48,449 bases of DNA. Source: Candidatus Woesearchaeota archaeon. Lineage in GTDB: Archaea; Nanobdellota; Nanobdellia; Woesearchaeales; WAPJ01. Below, piece by piece: positions 1-9,497 of this stretch. A program made the position numbers and the translations under genes. Position 1 is the first letter of the stretch, and the number at the start of each line of letters is the position of its first letter. The DNA is taken from positions 1 to 48,449 of the forward strand of contig JBLKOL010000004.1 in the NCBI GenBank assembly GCA_047602765.1, read 5' to 3'. The notes under the pieces are model-generated. The model worked only from the letters and a program-made list of their open reading frames with translations. It made no database searches and was not told the origin of the DNA.

Positions 1-1085
1 GATGCTGGTTCGTATGTGGCTCGTTGTTCGGTTACTGATTCGAGGGGTGTTTCTGCTTCTCGTTCTCGTACGGTTACCGTCTCTGAGCCTGTGGTTCCTA
101 AGGATCCGCTCGGGGTTTCTTTGAGTGTTTCTCCTGTGTCCGGATACGCTCCTCTTACGGTGAGTTATTCGTGCAGTGTATCAGGTGGTCGTGACCCCAT
201 CGACGCTCGTGTTCGTGTCGGTTCGAGTACTTCGTCTGCGCTTTCGGGTGATATCACGTTTGAGAGTTCTGGTGTGTATACGATCGTGTGTGAGGCGACT
301 GATGCTGATGGTGATTCTGCTTCTGATTCGAAGACGGTATCGGTGAGTGCTGCTCCGAAACTCTCGGCGAGCCTCTCAGCGGATCCATCGGAAGGGTTCG
401 CTCCGCTCACGACGAACTACGCGTGTTCCGCCTCTGGTGGTATCGCTCCGTATTCGTATTCTGTTTCGTTCGGTGATGGTTCTTCTTCGACTGATCGCCA
501 GGGTTCGTATACGTACCATGATTCGGGTTCGTACACGATGACGTGCACGGTCCGTGATGCGATCGGTCAGAAAGCCACGCGTTCGAGGACGATCACGGTT
601 GACGAGCAGCCCGCTCCTCTGAAGGTTTCGTATTCGGTGTCTCCTTCTTCTGGTGATGCTCCTCTTTCGACGCAGCATTCGTGTTCTGTGTCTGGTGGTG
701 TTCCTCCGTACTCGTACAGGATCACGACCGGTGATGGTCGTACGATCGGTGCTTCGTCTGCTTCGCACGTCTACTATGATGCTGGTTCGTATGTGGCTCG
801 TTGTTCGGTTACTGATTCGAGGGGTGTTTCTGCTTCTCGTTCTCGTACGGTTACGGTGTTTGAGCCTGAGCCTCCTGTTGATCCACTCGGGGTTTCTTTG
901 AGTGTTTCTCCGGTGTCGGGTTATGCTCCTCTTACGGTGAGTTATTCGTGCAGTGTCTCTGGCGGTCGTGATCCTGTTGATGCTCGTGTCCGTGTCGGTT
1001 CGAGTGCCACGTCTGCTCTCTCTGGTGATATCACGTTTGAGAGTCCTGGTGTGTACACGGTTGTCTGTGACGCTACCGACGCTGA
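1..1085 (+). repeat. Intragenic tandem duplication, period 777 bp (three Ig/PKD modules)
   Basis: gatgctggttcgtatgtggctcgttgttcgg... occurs at 1 and at 778, and high similarity continues for about 300 bp. Confidence 0.85.
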
Positions 1086-2499
1086 AAATAATCACGCATC
1101 TGATTCGGTGACGATCACCGTCGAGAAGCCGGCTCCCGAGCCCTTCTCGCTCTCGTTGAGCGCAACGCCCCAACGAGGAGTCGAGCCGTTCACCACGCGC
1201 ATCGCCTGTGAAGCCCACGGAGGATACGGCACGGTTTCGTACATGCTTGACCCTGCTGTTGGGGACGTGATCGAGGCGAACGCACCGATCGATGAACAGG
1301 TACACTACTCGTCGTACGGAGTCTATGACGTGACGTGCACGGCCACGGATTCGCTCGACCGCTCGGTGAGCGATACGGTTCCGGTCATCGTCATCCCCGA
1401 TAGTGCGGTTTCGATCACGCCTCAAGGCCCGACGTCCGATGACGATCTCTCTTGCCAGGTCGATGCGTATCCGCACGGATCCTTCGATTTCAACTGGTAC
1501 CGCAACGGTGAACTCGTAAGGTCCGACAGCGGCGTTTCGTCATCGGTCGTGAAGAGTGATGAGACTGCTCCCGGTGACGTCTACACCTGTGTGGCGAAGA
1601 TGCCCATCGTCGGTGACGAGATCGGTCGTGATTCGGTCTCGATCGATGATCCAGCACCCGAACCGTTGTCGATGAGCTTCTCGGTTCACCCCGCGAGCGG
1701 TGAAGCTCCGCTCGACGTATTGTACGTGTGCGAGGCGTTCGGAGGTAAGGCTCCGTTCGAGTACGTCGTTGACATCGAGCACACGTGGTTCTCAACGTCG
1801 ATCCACGAGTCCGAGGCATCGATCCGGCTCCATCAACCGGGCACGTACGTCTTCACGTGCACCGCTACGGATGATGCGGGTTCTTCGATCTCTGAGGAGC
1901 GCACGGTCGTCGTAACACCGCGCGACTACGAGGGCGACTGGTCGATCAGTGCTGATCCGCTCTCGGGTCCTGCTCCGCTGCCGGTCTCGTTCACATCGGA
2001 CACCTCGCAGATCCCGATCGTCGGAGGCGTCGAATGGGACTTCGGTGACGGCCACCGGTTCTCCGGTTCGTCGCGCGTTCACACGTTCGCCCGTAAGGGC
2101 ACGTACGAGGTCACCGCTACGGTGCGCCTCGAGGACGGTCAGGTGCTCACGCGTTCGGTTACGATTCACGTGGCCGCGCGTGAGGATCCGATCATCGAGG
2201 TCGATGCGAGCCGTGTGCGTATCACGCGCGCCTTCGCTGAGGTCGTCGGTGATCGCGTCTATGCGACGCTCACCGTGCGTAACGATGCGGGCTTCACCGT
2301 TCGTGGTATGACGGCGACGATGCAGGTGCCCGAACACGGCGTCTGGCGTTCGCAGCCCATGCCGGAGATCCCGCACGGTTCGTCGAGGACCATTTCGTTC
2401 TTCGTGCCGATCGACGACGTCTCGTTCGAGACGTTTGCGGTCTTCAAGGCTGAGAACCGCGACGTGGATCTCGCCCGGACGGTGATTGTGCTCCGATGA
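1..2499 (+). CDS. Large PKD/Ig-like repeat cell-surface protein (5' partial)
   Basis: The frame is open from position 1. It carries repeated ~85-aa Ser/Thr-rich beta-sandwich modules (PxSGxAPLTVxYxC...GxYTxxCxxTD) and a canonical PKD motif WDFGDG near the C-terminus. Confidence 0.85.
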   Translation, partial: DAGSYVARCSVTDSRGVSASRSRTVTVSEPVVPKDPLGVSLSVSPVSGYAPLTVSYSCSVSGGRDPIDARVRVGSSTSSALSGDITFESSGVYTIVCEATDADGDSASDSKTVSVSAAPKLSASLSADPSEGFAPLTTNYACSASGGIAPYSYSVSFGDGSSSTDRQGSYTYHDSGSYTMTCTVRDAIGQKATRSRTITVDEQPAPLKVSYSVSPSSGDAPLSTQHSCSVSGGVPPYSYRITTGDGRTIGASSASHVYYDAGSYVARCSVTDSRGVSASRSRTVTVFEPEPPVDPLGVSLSVSPVSGYAPLTVSYSCSVSGGRDPVDARVRVGSSATSALSGDITFESPGVYTVVCDATDAENNHASDSVTITVEKPAPEPFSLSLSATPQRGVEPFTTRIACEAHGGYGTVSYMLDPAVGDVIEANAPIDEQVHYSSYGVYDVTCTATDSLDRSVSDTVPVIVIPDSAVSITPQGPTSDDDLSCQVDAYPHGSFDFNWYRNGELVRSDSGVSSSVVKSDETAPGDVYTCVAKMPIVGDEIGRDSVSIDDPAPEPLSMSFSVHPASGEAPLDVLYVCEAFGGKAPFEYVVDIEHTWFSTSIHESEASIRLHQPGTYVFTCTATDDAGSSISEERTVVVTPRDYEGDWSISADPLSGPAPLPVSFTSDTSQIPIVGGVEWDFGDGHRFSGSSRVHTFARKGTYEVTATVRLEDGQVLTRSVTIHVAAREDPIIEVDASRVRITRAFAEVVGDRVYATLTVRNDAGFTVRGMTATMQVPEHGVWRSQPMPEIPHGSSRTISFFVPIDDVSFETFAVFKAENRDVDLARTVIVLR

Positions 2500-2523
2500 A
2501 ACCGTTTACCTTCATCACCCATA

Positions 2524-2641
2524 AGTCACGAAATGTGACTACTCGAGAAGAACAAAAAAAGAAACACTTATATATGAACGGGGTATATTCACACAAGAAT
2601 AGTAACGACATTACGCTCGTACCAACAAACAAACTAGGAGG
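2524..2641 (+). promoter_or_regulatory. Promoter region of the S-layer-like gene: inverted repeat, BRE/TATA and SD
   Basis: AGTCAC-N5-GTGACT at 2524-2540, an A-tract then TTATATAT at 2568-2575, and AGGAGG at 2636-2641 before the ATG at 2651. Confidence 0.65.
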
Positions 2642-2650
2642 CTTGAAACA

Positions 2651-3910
2651 ATGAGAAACCTTGTAACAATCATCGCGGCCGTATTCGCACTGCTCCTCGC
2701 AGCGAGCACGGTCACGGCTCTTCCGACCGTCGAACAGATCCGTATCAACGGAAACGTCTTCGAAGCGGGAGACCAGCTCGTCGTCGAGCGCGGAGAGGAC
2801 ATCGACATCCGTGTCCGCCTCTATGCGGACGATGACGTCGATAACATCGAACTCGTAGCTGAGATCCTCGGCTACGAATATAACGACCGCAGAGGAGACC
2901 TCTACGACCGTACGCGCCTCTTCGATATGAGAGCTGGCGATGTGCAGTTCGAGGACCTCTCCCTCTCGATGCCCACTGATGCTGACCGCGACCACTACGA
3001 TCTTCGCGTCCGCGTCGCTGAGCGCACAGGCCCCTCGGAAGAACACCTCTTCCGCATCCGCCTCACCGGTCAGCGCACCAAGCTCGTCATCACTGACGTT
3101 ACGTTCAACCCGAGCGACCAGGTTCTCTCGGGCCGCGCGTTCCTCGGCCAGGTCCGTGTCGAGAACATCGGAGATCGCGACTTGCGCGATGTCAAGGTTT
3201 CGCTGAGCATGCCCAAGGTTGGTGTGACGGCTACCGATTACATCGACCGTGTCCGTGCTGATGAGTCTGAGCGCAGCTCAGACCTCTTCTTGCGTGTACC
3301 CGAATGCCTCGAGACCGGAACGTACGAAGTCAGAGCGACGATCGAATACGACCGTGGATACGAGACGGACAGCTTCACGACCCAGGTCCGCGTCACAACG
3401 GATGCTGAACTGTGCAAGAAGCCCGATGCTGAAGACCGCGTCCTCATCGAAGTCCAGCCGCCCAAGTCCGTCGAAGCGGGAAAGACCACGGTCTTCCCCG
3501 TTATGGTGACGAACACCGGTTCGCGAAGCCAGACGCTCGTGCTCTCAGTTCAGGGAGCTGATGCGTTCGGATCCGCCCGTGTGACGCCGTCAGCATTCCT
3601 CGTCGTCCCTGCAGGTGGCAGGAGCACTGCGTACGTTGAAGTTGCGGCTGATGCAGATGCATCTGAGGGGACCAAGGTTCTCTCGCTCACGCTCGCCACT
3701 GCAGATGGTCAGCAGCTCGGAACCTCCTCGGTCCCGGTCACGGTCAAGGAAGCTGAGCGGATCGGATTCACCGCTGACTGGCAGCGTGTGCTCGAGATAA
3801 GCCTGCTCGTCCTCGTGGTCGTACTCATCGTCCTCGGCATCATCGTTGCGGTGAGCCGGATGCGCGATGACGACCGCAACGGCGGCGAAGGATCCCAAGC
3901 CTACTACTAG
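2651..3910 (+). CDS. Putative S-layer/CARDB-like Ig-fold membrane-anchored protein
   Basis: N-terminal signal peptide, Ig-like VxVxNxG motifs, a C-terminal TM helix and a short tail ending YY; strong promoter and SD. Confidence 0.75.
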   Translation: MRNLVTIIAAVFALLLAASTVTALPTVEQIRINGNVFEAGDQLVVERGEDIDIRVRLYADDDVDNIELVAEILGYEYNDRRGDLYDRTRLFDMRAGDVQFEDLSLSMPTDADRDHYDLRVRVAERTGPSEEHLFRIRLTGQRTKLVITDVTFNPSDQVLSGRAFLGQVRVENIGDRDLRDVKVSLSMPKVGVTATDYIDRVRADESERSSDLFLRVPECLETGTYEVRATIEYDRGYETDSFTTQVRVTTDAELCKKPDAEDRVLIEVQPPKSVEAGKTTVFPVMVTNTGSRSQTLVLSVQGADAFGSARVTPSAFLVVPAGGRSTAYVEVAADADASEGTKVLSLTLATADGQQLGTSSVPVTVKEAERIGFTADWQRVLEISLLVLVVVLIVLGIIVAVSRMRDDDRNGGEGSQAYY

Positions 3911-3955
3911 GTGATCCGATAAAACCGTTTCCAACCATTTTCCCCCTGATCCACC

Positions 3956-4648
3956 ATGAAACACGCATTCCTCGCCATCTTGCTCATCATCCTCATTCCC
4001 TCTGTGGCTGCTGAATGCGACCTCTTCGAACGCTTCGAATACTCGTATACGAACAACGATGAGATCACGCACCGCGTGACGTTCGTACTGCTCAATAAGT
4101 CGTCTGAAGATATGCGCGTCGTTTTCGAACCGTCGACGCTCATCGTTCTCCCTGGAGAGTCGGGAACGTTCGCTGCCACAGCGCGTTCTGATGAACCGCT
4201 CGAAGGCATCCAATCAGCCGGATTCGCGATCAGGCGTGGAGTCGATGTCGTAGCACGAGCGAATGCATACTTCGACCTCTCATGTCCTGAGGAGCCGGTG
4301 GTTGAACGTCCGCTCTGGCGCGACGTGCTCTTCTACGCTTCGATCGTGCTCATCGTCGTCATCCTCATACTCGCTCTCGTCCTCTGGCTGCTCGAACGAC
4401 GCGCTCCGAAGAGCGCGCCTTCACAGAAGACCTTGCCTGAATCGGTGAGCGAGAGAGAGGCTCGTGCGCCGATCAACGTCGATGCCATGATCCGGGCTGA
4501 ACGCGAAGAGAAACCCTCGCTTTGGTGGCTCTGGGTTCTTGCAGCGATCATCATCCTCGTCGTTATCGGAGTGTTCATCTACCTGGCCGTCACCGGAGCG
4601 GGTGTTGAAGGGTTCAGCTTCGGTTCGATGGTCAACGTCACCGAGTGA
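3956..4648 (+). CDS. Membrane protein with signal peptide, Ig-like domain and two TM helices
   Basis: Hydrophobic N-terminus and two hydrophobic segments; follows the S-layer-like gene. Confidence 0.7.
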   Translation: MKHAFLAILLIILIPSVAAECDLFERFEYSYTNNDEITHRVTFVLLNKSSEDMRVVFEPSTLIVLPGESGTFAATARSDEPLEGIQSAGFAIRRGVDVVARANAYFDLSCPEEPVVERPLWRDVLFYASIVLIVVILILALVLWLLERRAPKSAPSQKTLPESVSEREARAPINVDAMIRAEREEKPSLWWLWVLAAIIILVVIGVFIYLAVTGAGVEGFSFGSMVNVTE

Positions 4649-4675
4649 TACGTTTTTCAAGGATAACCCTCTCGG

Positions 4676-5560
4676 ATGCGTATGCACTGGACAGATCCTC
4701 GCATCGCATTCGCCGCAGCGATCGTCTTCGGACTCGCGCTTCCCTCGGTAGCGTCGTTGTTCGAACCGCTCATCGTGCCGATACTCATCGTGATGATGGC
4801 GGTCAGCCTCGCCAAGGTCTCCGCACGACATCCGCACAAACACCACGAGCGACGTACCGTTGTAGGACTCGTCCTCGCCAACTACCTAGGTGCGTCAGTG
4901 CTCTACCTCTTCCTCACGTTCGTCTTCGTACCGGTCGAATACCAGCCGGCGCTCTTCATATTCGCCCTCGCTCCTCCAGCGATCGGCATCATTCCCCTCG
5001 CCCGCATGTTCAAGGGTGATCTTGACGTCGGGTTTCTCGCCGAGATCGTAGGATACCTCGCTGCGCTCGTCATTATCCCGCTCGGAACTTTCCTGCTCTT
5101 CGGATCAGCAGCCTCACCTGCGAAGGTCCTCGAAGTCGTCGCTCTGATCATCGTCGTTCCCTTCGCCCTCTCTCGTATCATACGTCGTCTCCCCTTCTAT
5201 GAGATGATCACACATGACCGTGTGAGCAGGCCTCTCATCAGCATGTCGTATGCGATCACGTTCGCAGCGGTCATAGGGCTCAACCGTGATGCCATTCTCG
5301 ACCCGCTCCTTGTCGTCGTGATCCTCGTTCTGCTCGTCGTGAAACTCGTCCTCACGCTCTCGTCGTGGCTCTCAACCGTGCACCGCACACCACATTCGAT
5401 CAGCGTCCTCTACATGCTCTTCGGTTCGATGAAGAACGGTGGTATCGCGATCGCGATCACCGTCCTCCTCTTCGGACCTGCTTCGACCGTTGCGCTTGCC
5501 GTCAATGCGATCACGCTTCCCTTCCACCTCGTCCTCATGGAACGGCTTGCACGTTCGTGA
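4676..5560 (+). CDS. Bile acid:sodium symporter (BASS/Acr3)-like transporter
   Basis: About 9 TM helices, with APPA and KNGGIAIAI motifs typical of SBF-family transporters. Confidence 0.7.
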   Translation: MRMHWTDPRIAFAAAIVFGLALPSVASLFEPLIVPILIVMMAVSLAKVSARHPHKHHERRTVVGLVLANYLGASVLYLFLTFVFVPVEYQPALFIFALAPPAIGIIPLARMFKGDLDVGFLAEIVGYLAALVIIPLGTFLLFGSAASPAKVLEVVALIIVVPFALSRIIRRLPFYEMITHDRVSRPLISMSYAITFAAVIGLNRDAILDPLLVVVILVLLVVKLVLTLSSWLSTVHRTPHSISVLYMLFGSMKNGGIAIAITVLLFGPASTVALAVNAITLPFHLVLMERLARS

Positions 5561-5597
5561 GCGAGTCCTTGAAAAAGAGGTGCCGTACCCGTATACT

Positions 5598-6227
5598 ATG
5601 TGGCTCGAAGAGTTCTCACGTACGCCCGACATCAGCTTCCTCAGTGATGAGACGATCAGGATCGGGAACGTACGCGACTTCACATGGTCAGGGGAGTCTT
5701 ATACGAAGCGGTGGATCACACGTACCATCACACGCGGAGATGTCGAACGGGCACACGTCCTCTGCGAACACCTGCGCTCATCAGGCACGCACGTGTTCAT
5801 CTGTTTCGAGACGACACTCGACCCGCTCTGTATCTCGATCGAAGCACGACGCACGAGCGGCCAACGATACTCTTCGATAAAGGGCCTTTTCGGAGCCTAC
5901 GAACTCATCTATCTGTATGGGAGCGCGCGTGACATCATCGGTAAACGGCTCGAGCGCATGAGCGAATTCGACTCCTGTGAGCTCATCCTCGACGATGACG
6001 AACGATGGCAGCTCTTCGCCTCACTCGCCCGTGGCGCTGAGCGCACCGTCCGAACTCCGCACAAGTACCACACGCTGCGTCGCAACTGCGTGACCGAACT
6101 CTTCACACACCTCCCGGTGGATAAGACACCGCTCCTCCCACAACGCGCAGGCCCCTTCTTGGTTTCCGTCGGACGAGCGCATCCATGCGATATCTACGAT
6201 GCTGAGCATCCCCCTCCGTTCTACTGA
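5598..6227 (+). CDS. DUF4105 (Lnb N-terminal-like) domain protein
   Basis: NVRDFTW, HVFICF, ISIEARR, YELIY and YHTLRRNCVT motifs; start taken at ATG 5598. Confidence 0.75.
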   Translation: MWLEEFSRTPDISFLSDETIRIGNVRDFTWSGESYTKRWITRTITRGDVERAHVLCEHLRSSGTHVFICFETTLDPLCISIEARRTSGQRYSSIKGLFGAYELIYLYGSARDIIGKRLERMSEFDSCELILDDDERWQLFASLARGAERTVRTPHKYHTLRRNCVTELFTHLPVDKTPLLPQRAGPFLVSVGRAHPCDIYDAEHPPPFY

Positions 6228-6322
6228 ACACTGTCGAACCGAGACCTACGAACGAGTCAGCACGTTCATCGGTGGATGAGGTCTCCACAACGCTTAAAGC
6301 GCATCGAACCCCCTCTGTTCGT

Positions 6323-6763
6323 ATGGGAACGATCGAAGATCTCAACACGCTGCTCGCCGATGAATACGTCCACCTCGTACGCACGCTCTCGTTCCACTGG
6401 AACGTGACCGGACCGCGCTTCCTCGACCTACACGCGCATTTCGAGGAGATCTACAACGAGACGAAAGACGCGATCGACGAACACGCCGAACGCATCCGCA
6501 TGCTCGGAGGAACCCCGCTCTCTTCGATGGCACGGTTCATAAAAGACGCACACCTCTCAGAACTCGAAGACGCTCGCCTCGACCCGGATCGCATGGTGAG
6601 CGCTCTCATCGCTGATCGCGAACACCTCCTCGAGGACCTCAAGCGCTTCGCCTCCGCAGCCGCACAACGCGGTGAGCCGACGGATGAGGATTACTTCATC
6701 GGACGCGCGCGGGATATCGAACTTAGCCTCTACAAACTGCGTTCGATCGCCAAGAAGGTGTGA
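6323..6763 (+). CDS. dps: Dps family DNA-protecting ferritin-like protein
   Basis: HWNVTGPRFLDLH and DEHAERIRMLGG Dps signatures. Confidence 0.9.
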   Translation: MGTIEDLNTLLADEYVHLVRTLSFHWNVTGPRFLDLHAHFEEIYNETKDAIDEHAERIRMLGGTPLSSMARFIKDAHLSELEDARLDPDRMVSALIADREHLLEDLKRFASAAAQRGEPTDEDYFIGRARDIELSLYKLRSIAKKV

Positions 6764-6764
6764 G

Positions 6765-6968
6765 TTAGCTGCGTTCGGAGAACAACCACGATACGGATGT
6801 GAGTGCGGATACGATCGCTACGAGCACGACTACGAATACGATGACGTCCTCGACGATCCAGCTCGCAAGGATGACTCCGATAAGAGCGCACGAGAAAATC
6901 ATCCACCCCTGCCACGTCGTAGGCTGCCATCCCCACCGGTAGGGGTGTTTTCTGAACCATGCACTCAT
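6765..6968 (-). CDS. Small membrane protein (WGWxPxxWQGW family)
   Basis: MSAWFRKHPYRWGWQPTTWQGW followed by two TM helices; TTAAG TATA-like element upstream. Confidence 0.65.
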   Translation of the reverse strand: MSAWFRKHPYRWGWQPTTWQGWMIFSCALIGVILASWIVEDVIVFVVVLVAIVSALTSVSWLFSERS

Positions 6969-7020
6969 ACGCCTGGTGTGATACGCCACACTTAAGAGCC
7001 GAACGGTCCTCCGATCATCC

Positions 7021-8028
7021 ATGGAACACGATCTCGAACAGGCGCGCGAGCGCATCCTCAAACCCTCGGTTACCTTAGATGGTTGGCCGGAGGTGAAAGG
7101 CTACGACTTCAACGACGAGTGGGATTTCGACACGTTCGTCGAATCGTTCGGCACGACAGGATTTCAAGCACACGCGCTTCACCGTGCGATCATGATCGCA
7201 CGCGAGATGCAGGATGCCAAGGCGCACATCTTCCTCGGCTACACGTCGAACATGGTCTCATCCGGATTGCGCGAGCCGATCCGTTGGCTCGTCGAACACG
7301 ACAAGGTCGCGCTGCTCACCACGACGGCCGGCGGGATCGAAGAGGACGTCATCAAATGCCTCAAACCGTTCGTGCTCGGAAGCTACGAGGCGAAGGGAGC
7401 CGTGCTCAGAAGCGAAGGCATCAACCGGACGGGCAACCTGCTCATCCCCAACGACCGCTACCTCTACCTCGAACGCTTCCTCACACCGTTCTTCGAGAAA
7501 CTCCTCGAACGCCAGAAGAAGACGGGCGAAGTGCTCTCCGAATCCGAATTCATCTACTACCTCGGACTCGAGCTCAACGACGAGAGGAGCATCCTCACCT
7601 GGGCGTCACGCAACAACATCCCCTACTTCTGCCCGGGGTTCTACGACGGTGCGATCGGAGACATGCTCTACTTCTTCAAGAAGAAACACCCCGAATTCAT
7701 GATCGATGCAGCAAAGGACGTCGTGCGCGCCTACGATTTCTCGAACAACTGCGAACATGTCGGCATCATCGCTCTGGGAGGATCCGTGCCCAAACACTTC
7801 ATCGCCAATCTGAACATCTTGCGCGACGGTGCTGATTACGCGGTGTACATCACGACGGCACTCGAGTATGAAGGTTCGAACGCCGGTGCGAACACCGAAG
7901 AAGCGATCAGTTGGGGTAAGATATCCGAGGATGCCAAGCATCAGAAGGTCGTCTGCGAGGCGACGCTCGTCTTCCCGCTCTTCGTAAAAGCAGCATTCGT
8001 CGATCACGTCAGAATTGCGAAGGATTAA
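7021..8028 (+). CDS. dys: Deoxyhypusine synthase
   Basis: TTGFQA, GYTSNMVSSGLRE, TAGGIEED, GINRTGN and EAISWGK (catalytic Lys). Confidence 0.95.
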   Translation: MEHDLEQARERILKPSVTLDGWPEVKGYDFNDEWDFDTFVESFGTTGFQAHALHRAIMIAREMQDAKAHIFLGYTSNMVSSGLREPIRWLVEHDKVALLTTTAGGIEEDVIKCLKPFVLGSYEAKGAVLRSEGINRTGNLLIPNDRYLYLERFLTPFFEKLLERQKKTGEVLSESEFIYYLGLELNDERSILTWASRNNIPYFCPGFYDGAIGDMLYFFKKKHPEFMIDAAKDVVRAYDFSNNCEHVGIIALGGSVPKHFIANLNILRDGADYAVYITTALEYEGSNAGANTEEAISWGKISEDAKHQKVVCEATLVFPLFVKAAFVDHVRIAKD

Positions 8029-8083
8029 AACCTCGAACGTTCCAAAGACGCTTATCATCGGCTTTGAGGCGGAGGTGAACATC

Positions 8084-8518
8084 ATGACGACGAAGACGAC
8101 CCGCAAGTCAACGGCGAAGAAGCCCGCGCGTAAACCAGCGAAGAAGGCTCCGGCCCGAAAGACCGCTGCGAAGACCGCGAAGAAACCTGCGGCGAGAAAG
8201 ACCGCCGCCAAAAAGCCGGTCCGCAAGACGGTCAAGTCAGCTGCTCGCAAGACGACCAAGGCGGTGAAGAAGCCTGCTCGCGCTGTCAAGAAGGCAGTGA
8301 AGAAGACGGTTCGATCCGTGAAGAAAGTCGTGCGCAAGCCTGTCAAGAAGGCTGCTGCAAAGAAGCCAGCTCGCAAGACGGCTAAGACTGCGCGCAAGCC
8401 CGCGGCTAAGAAGCCTGTCAAGAAGACAGTACGCAAGGCTGCTGCAAAGAAGCCTGTTAAGAAGGCTGCTGCTAAGAAGCCTGCGCGTAAGACGGCTAAG
8501 AAGCCTGCGAAGAAGTGA
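8084..8518 (+). CDS. Histone H1-like Lys/Ala/Pro-rich basic protein
   Basis: 144 aa made almost wholly of AKKPARKT/KKPVKK repeats with AAG-biased codons; SD GGAGGTGA upstream. Confidence 0.8.
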   Translation: MTTKTTRKSTAKKPARKPAKKAPARKTAAKTAKKPAARKTAAKKPVRKTVKSAARKTTKAVKKPARAVKKAVKKTVRSVKKVVRKPVKKAAAKKPARKTAKTARKPAAKKPVKKTVRKAAAKKPVKKAAAKKPARKTAKKPAKK

Positions 8519-8661
8519 ACCGCTTCTCACACGGGCCCCCGGACAGTTGCTTATTCCAAGACTCGTTCTGCTCCCCGTCCATCGAGGTCATCTTTACGAA
8601 AGGTTATAACCTCGAACAACACTGGAACGGTATCTTCGCATGTGAAGCGGAGGTGAGTGAG

Positions 8662-8703
8662 TTGCCCAAGAAGGCTGCTAAGAAGGCCCCGAAGAAGAAG
8701 TGA
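8662..8703 (+). CDS. Putative 13-aa basic micropeptide MPKKAAKKAPKKK
   Basis: TTG start after SD GGAGGTGA; the upstream promoter closely resembles that of the H1-like gene. Confidence 0.45.
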   Translation: MPKKAAKKAPKKK

Positions 8704-8738
8704 CTGTGCTTCCCTTCACCTCGACGGACAGTTTGATT

Positions 8739-9497
8739 CTACTCGATTTTGATCGTGACCGGACAGTGGTCCGAACCCATCTGCTCGGTATCGTAGTGCA
8801 CGTCCCGTATTCGTTCTACGTCCTTCGCGTCGATGAAGAACGAGTCGATGCGCCAGCCGACGTTCCGCTCGCGTGCTCGACTGATGAGGTGCCAATAGCT
8901 GTAGACGACGCTATCCGGATGCTTCGCACGGAAGGCATCAGCCCATCCCGCTTCGAGTACTCGATCGACCCAGGCTCGTTCCTTCGGGTGGAATCCGATC
9001 TTGCCATCGTTCTCTTTGGGTCGTGCGATATCGATCTCGCGATGGGCTACGTTGAGATCGCCGCACATGATGACGCGCCGCCCCGAGGCTCGCAGTTCGT
9101 TCATATAGGTGAGTATCTGCTCGTAGAAGACGAGTTTGTACTCCCACGCCTCAGGTGATTTTCCGCCGTTGGGGAAATATATGTTGAGCAGCGACCACTC
9201 GTCGATGTCGGTTCTGATGACGCGTCCTTCAGGATCCCCGGCTTCAAGTCCCCGAAGCGTCGTGGTCTCAACGTTCTTTGTCCACGTAGCAACACCTGCA
9301 TAGCCTGCTTTCTCGCCGGTGTGGTACTCTTTCTCGTAGTAGGGGTATTCGTTGTCGAGGAATGTGAGTTGTTCGGCACTCGCTTTCGTCTCTTGCATGC
9401 AGAGGACGTCAGCCTTTTGCGTGTCGATCCATTCTTTGAGCGCTCCTTTGCGTGCCACAGCGCGCAGCCCGTTCACGTTCCACGATGAGATGATCAT
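8739..9497 (-). CDS. xth: Exodeoxyribonuclease III (AP endonuclease)
   Basis: SWNVNGLRA, QETK, YFPNG, GDLNVAH, GWRID and GSDHCP motifs. Confidence 0.95.
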   Translation of the reverse strand: MIISSWNVNGLRAVARKGALKEWIDTQKADVLCMQETKASAEQLTFLDNEYPYYEKEYHTGEKAGYAGVATWTKNVETTTLRGLEAGDPEGRVIRTDIDEWSLLNIYFPNGGKSPEAWEYKLVFYEQILTYMNELRASGRRVIMCGDLNVAHREIDIARPKENDGKIGFHPKERAWVDRVLEAGWADAFRAKHPDSVVYSYWHLISRARERNVGWRIDSFFIDAKDVERIRDVHYDTEQMGSDHCPVTIKIE

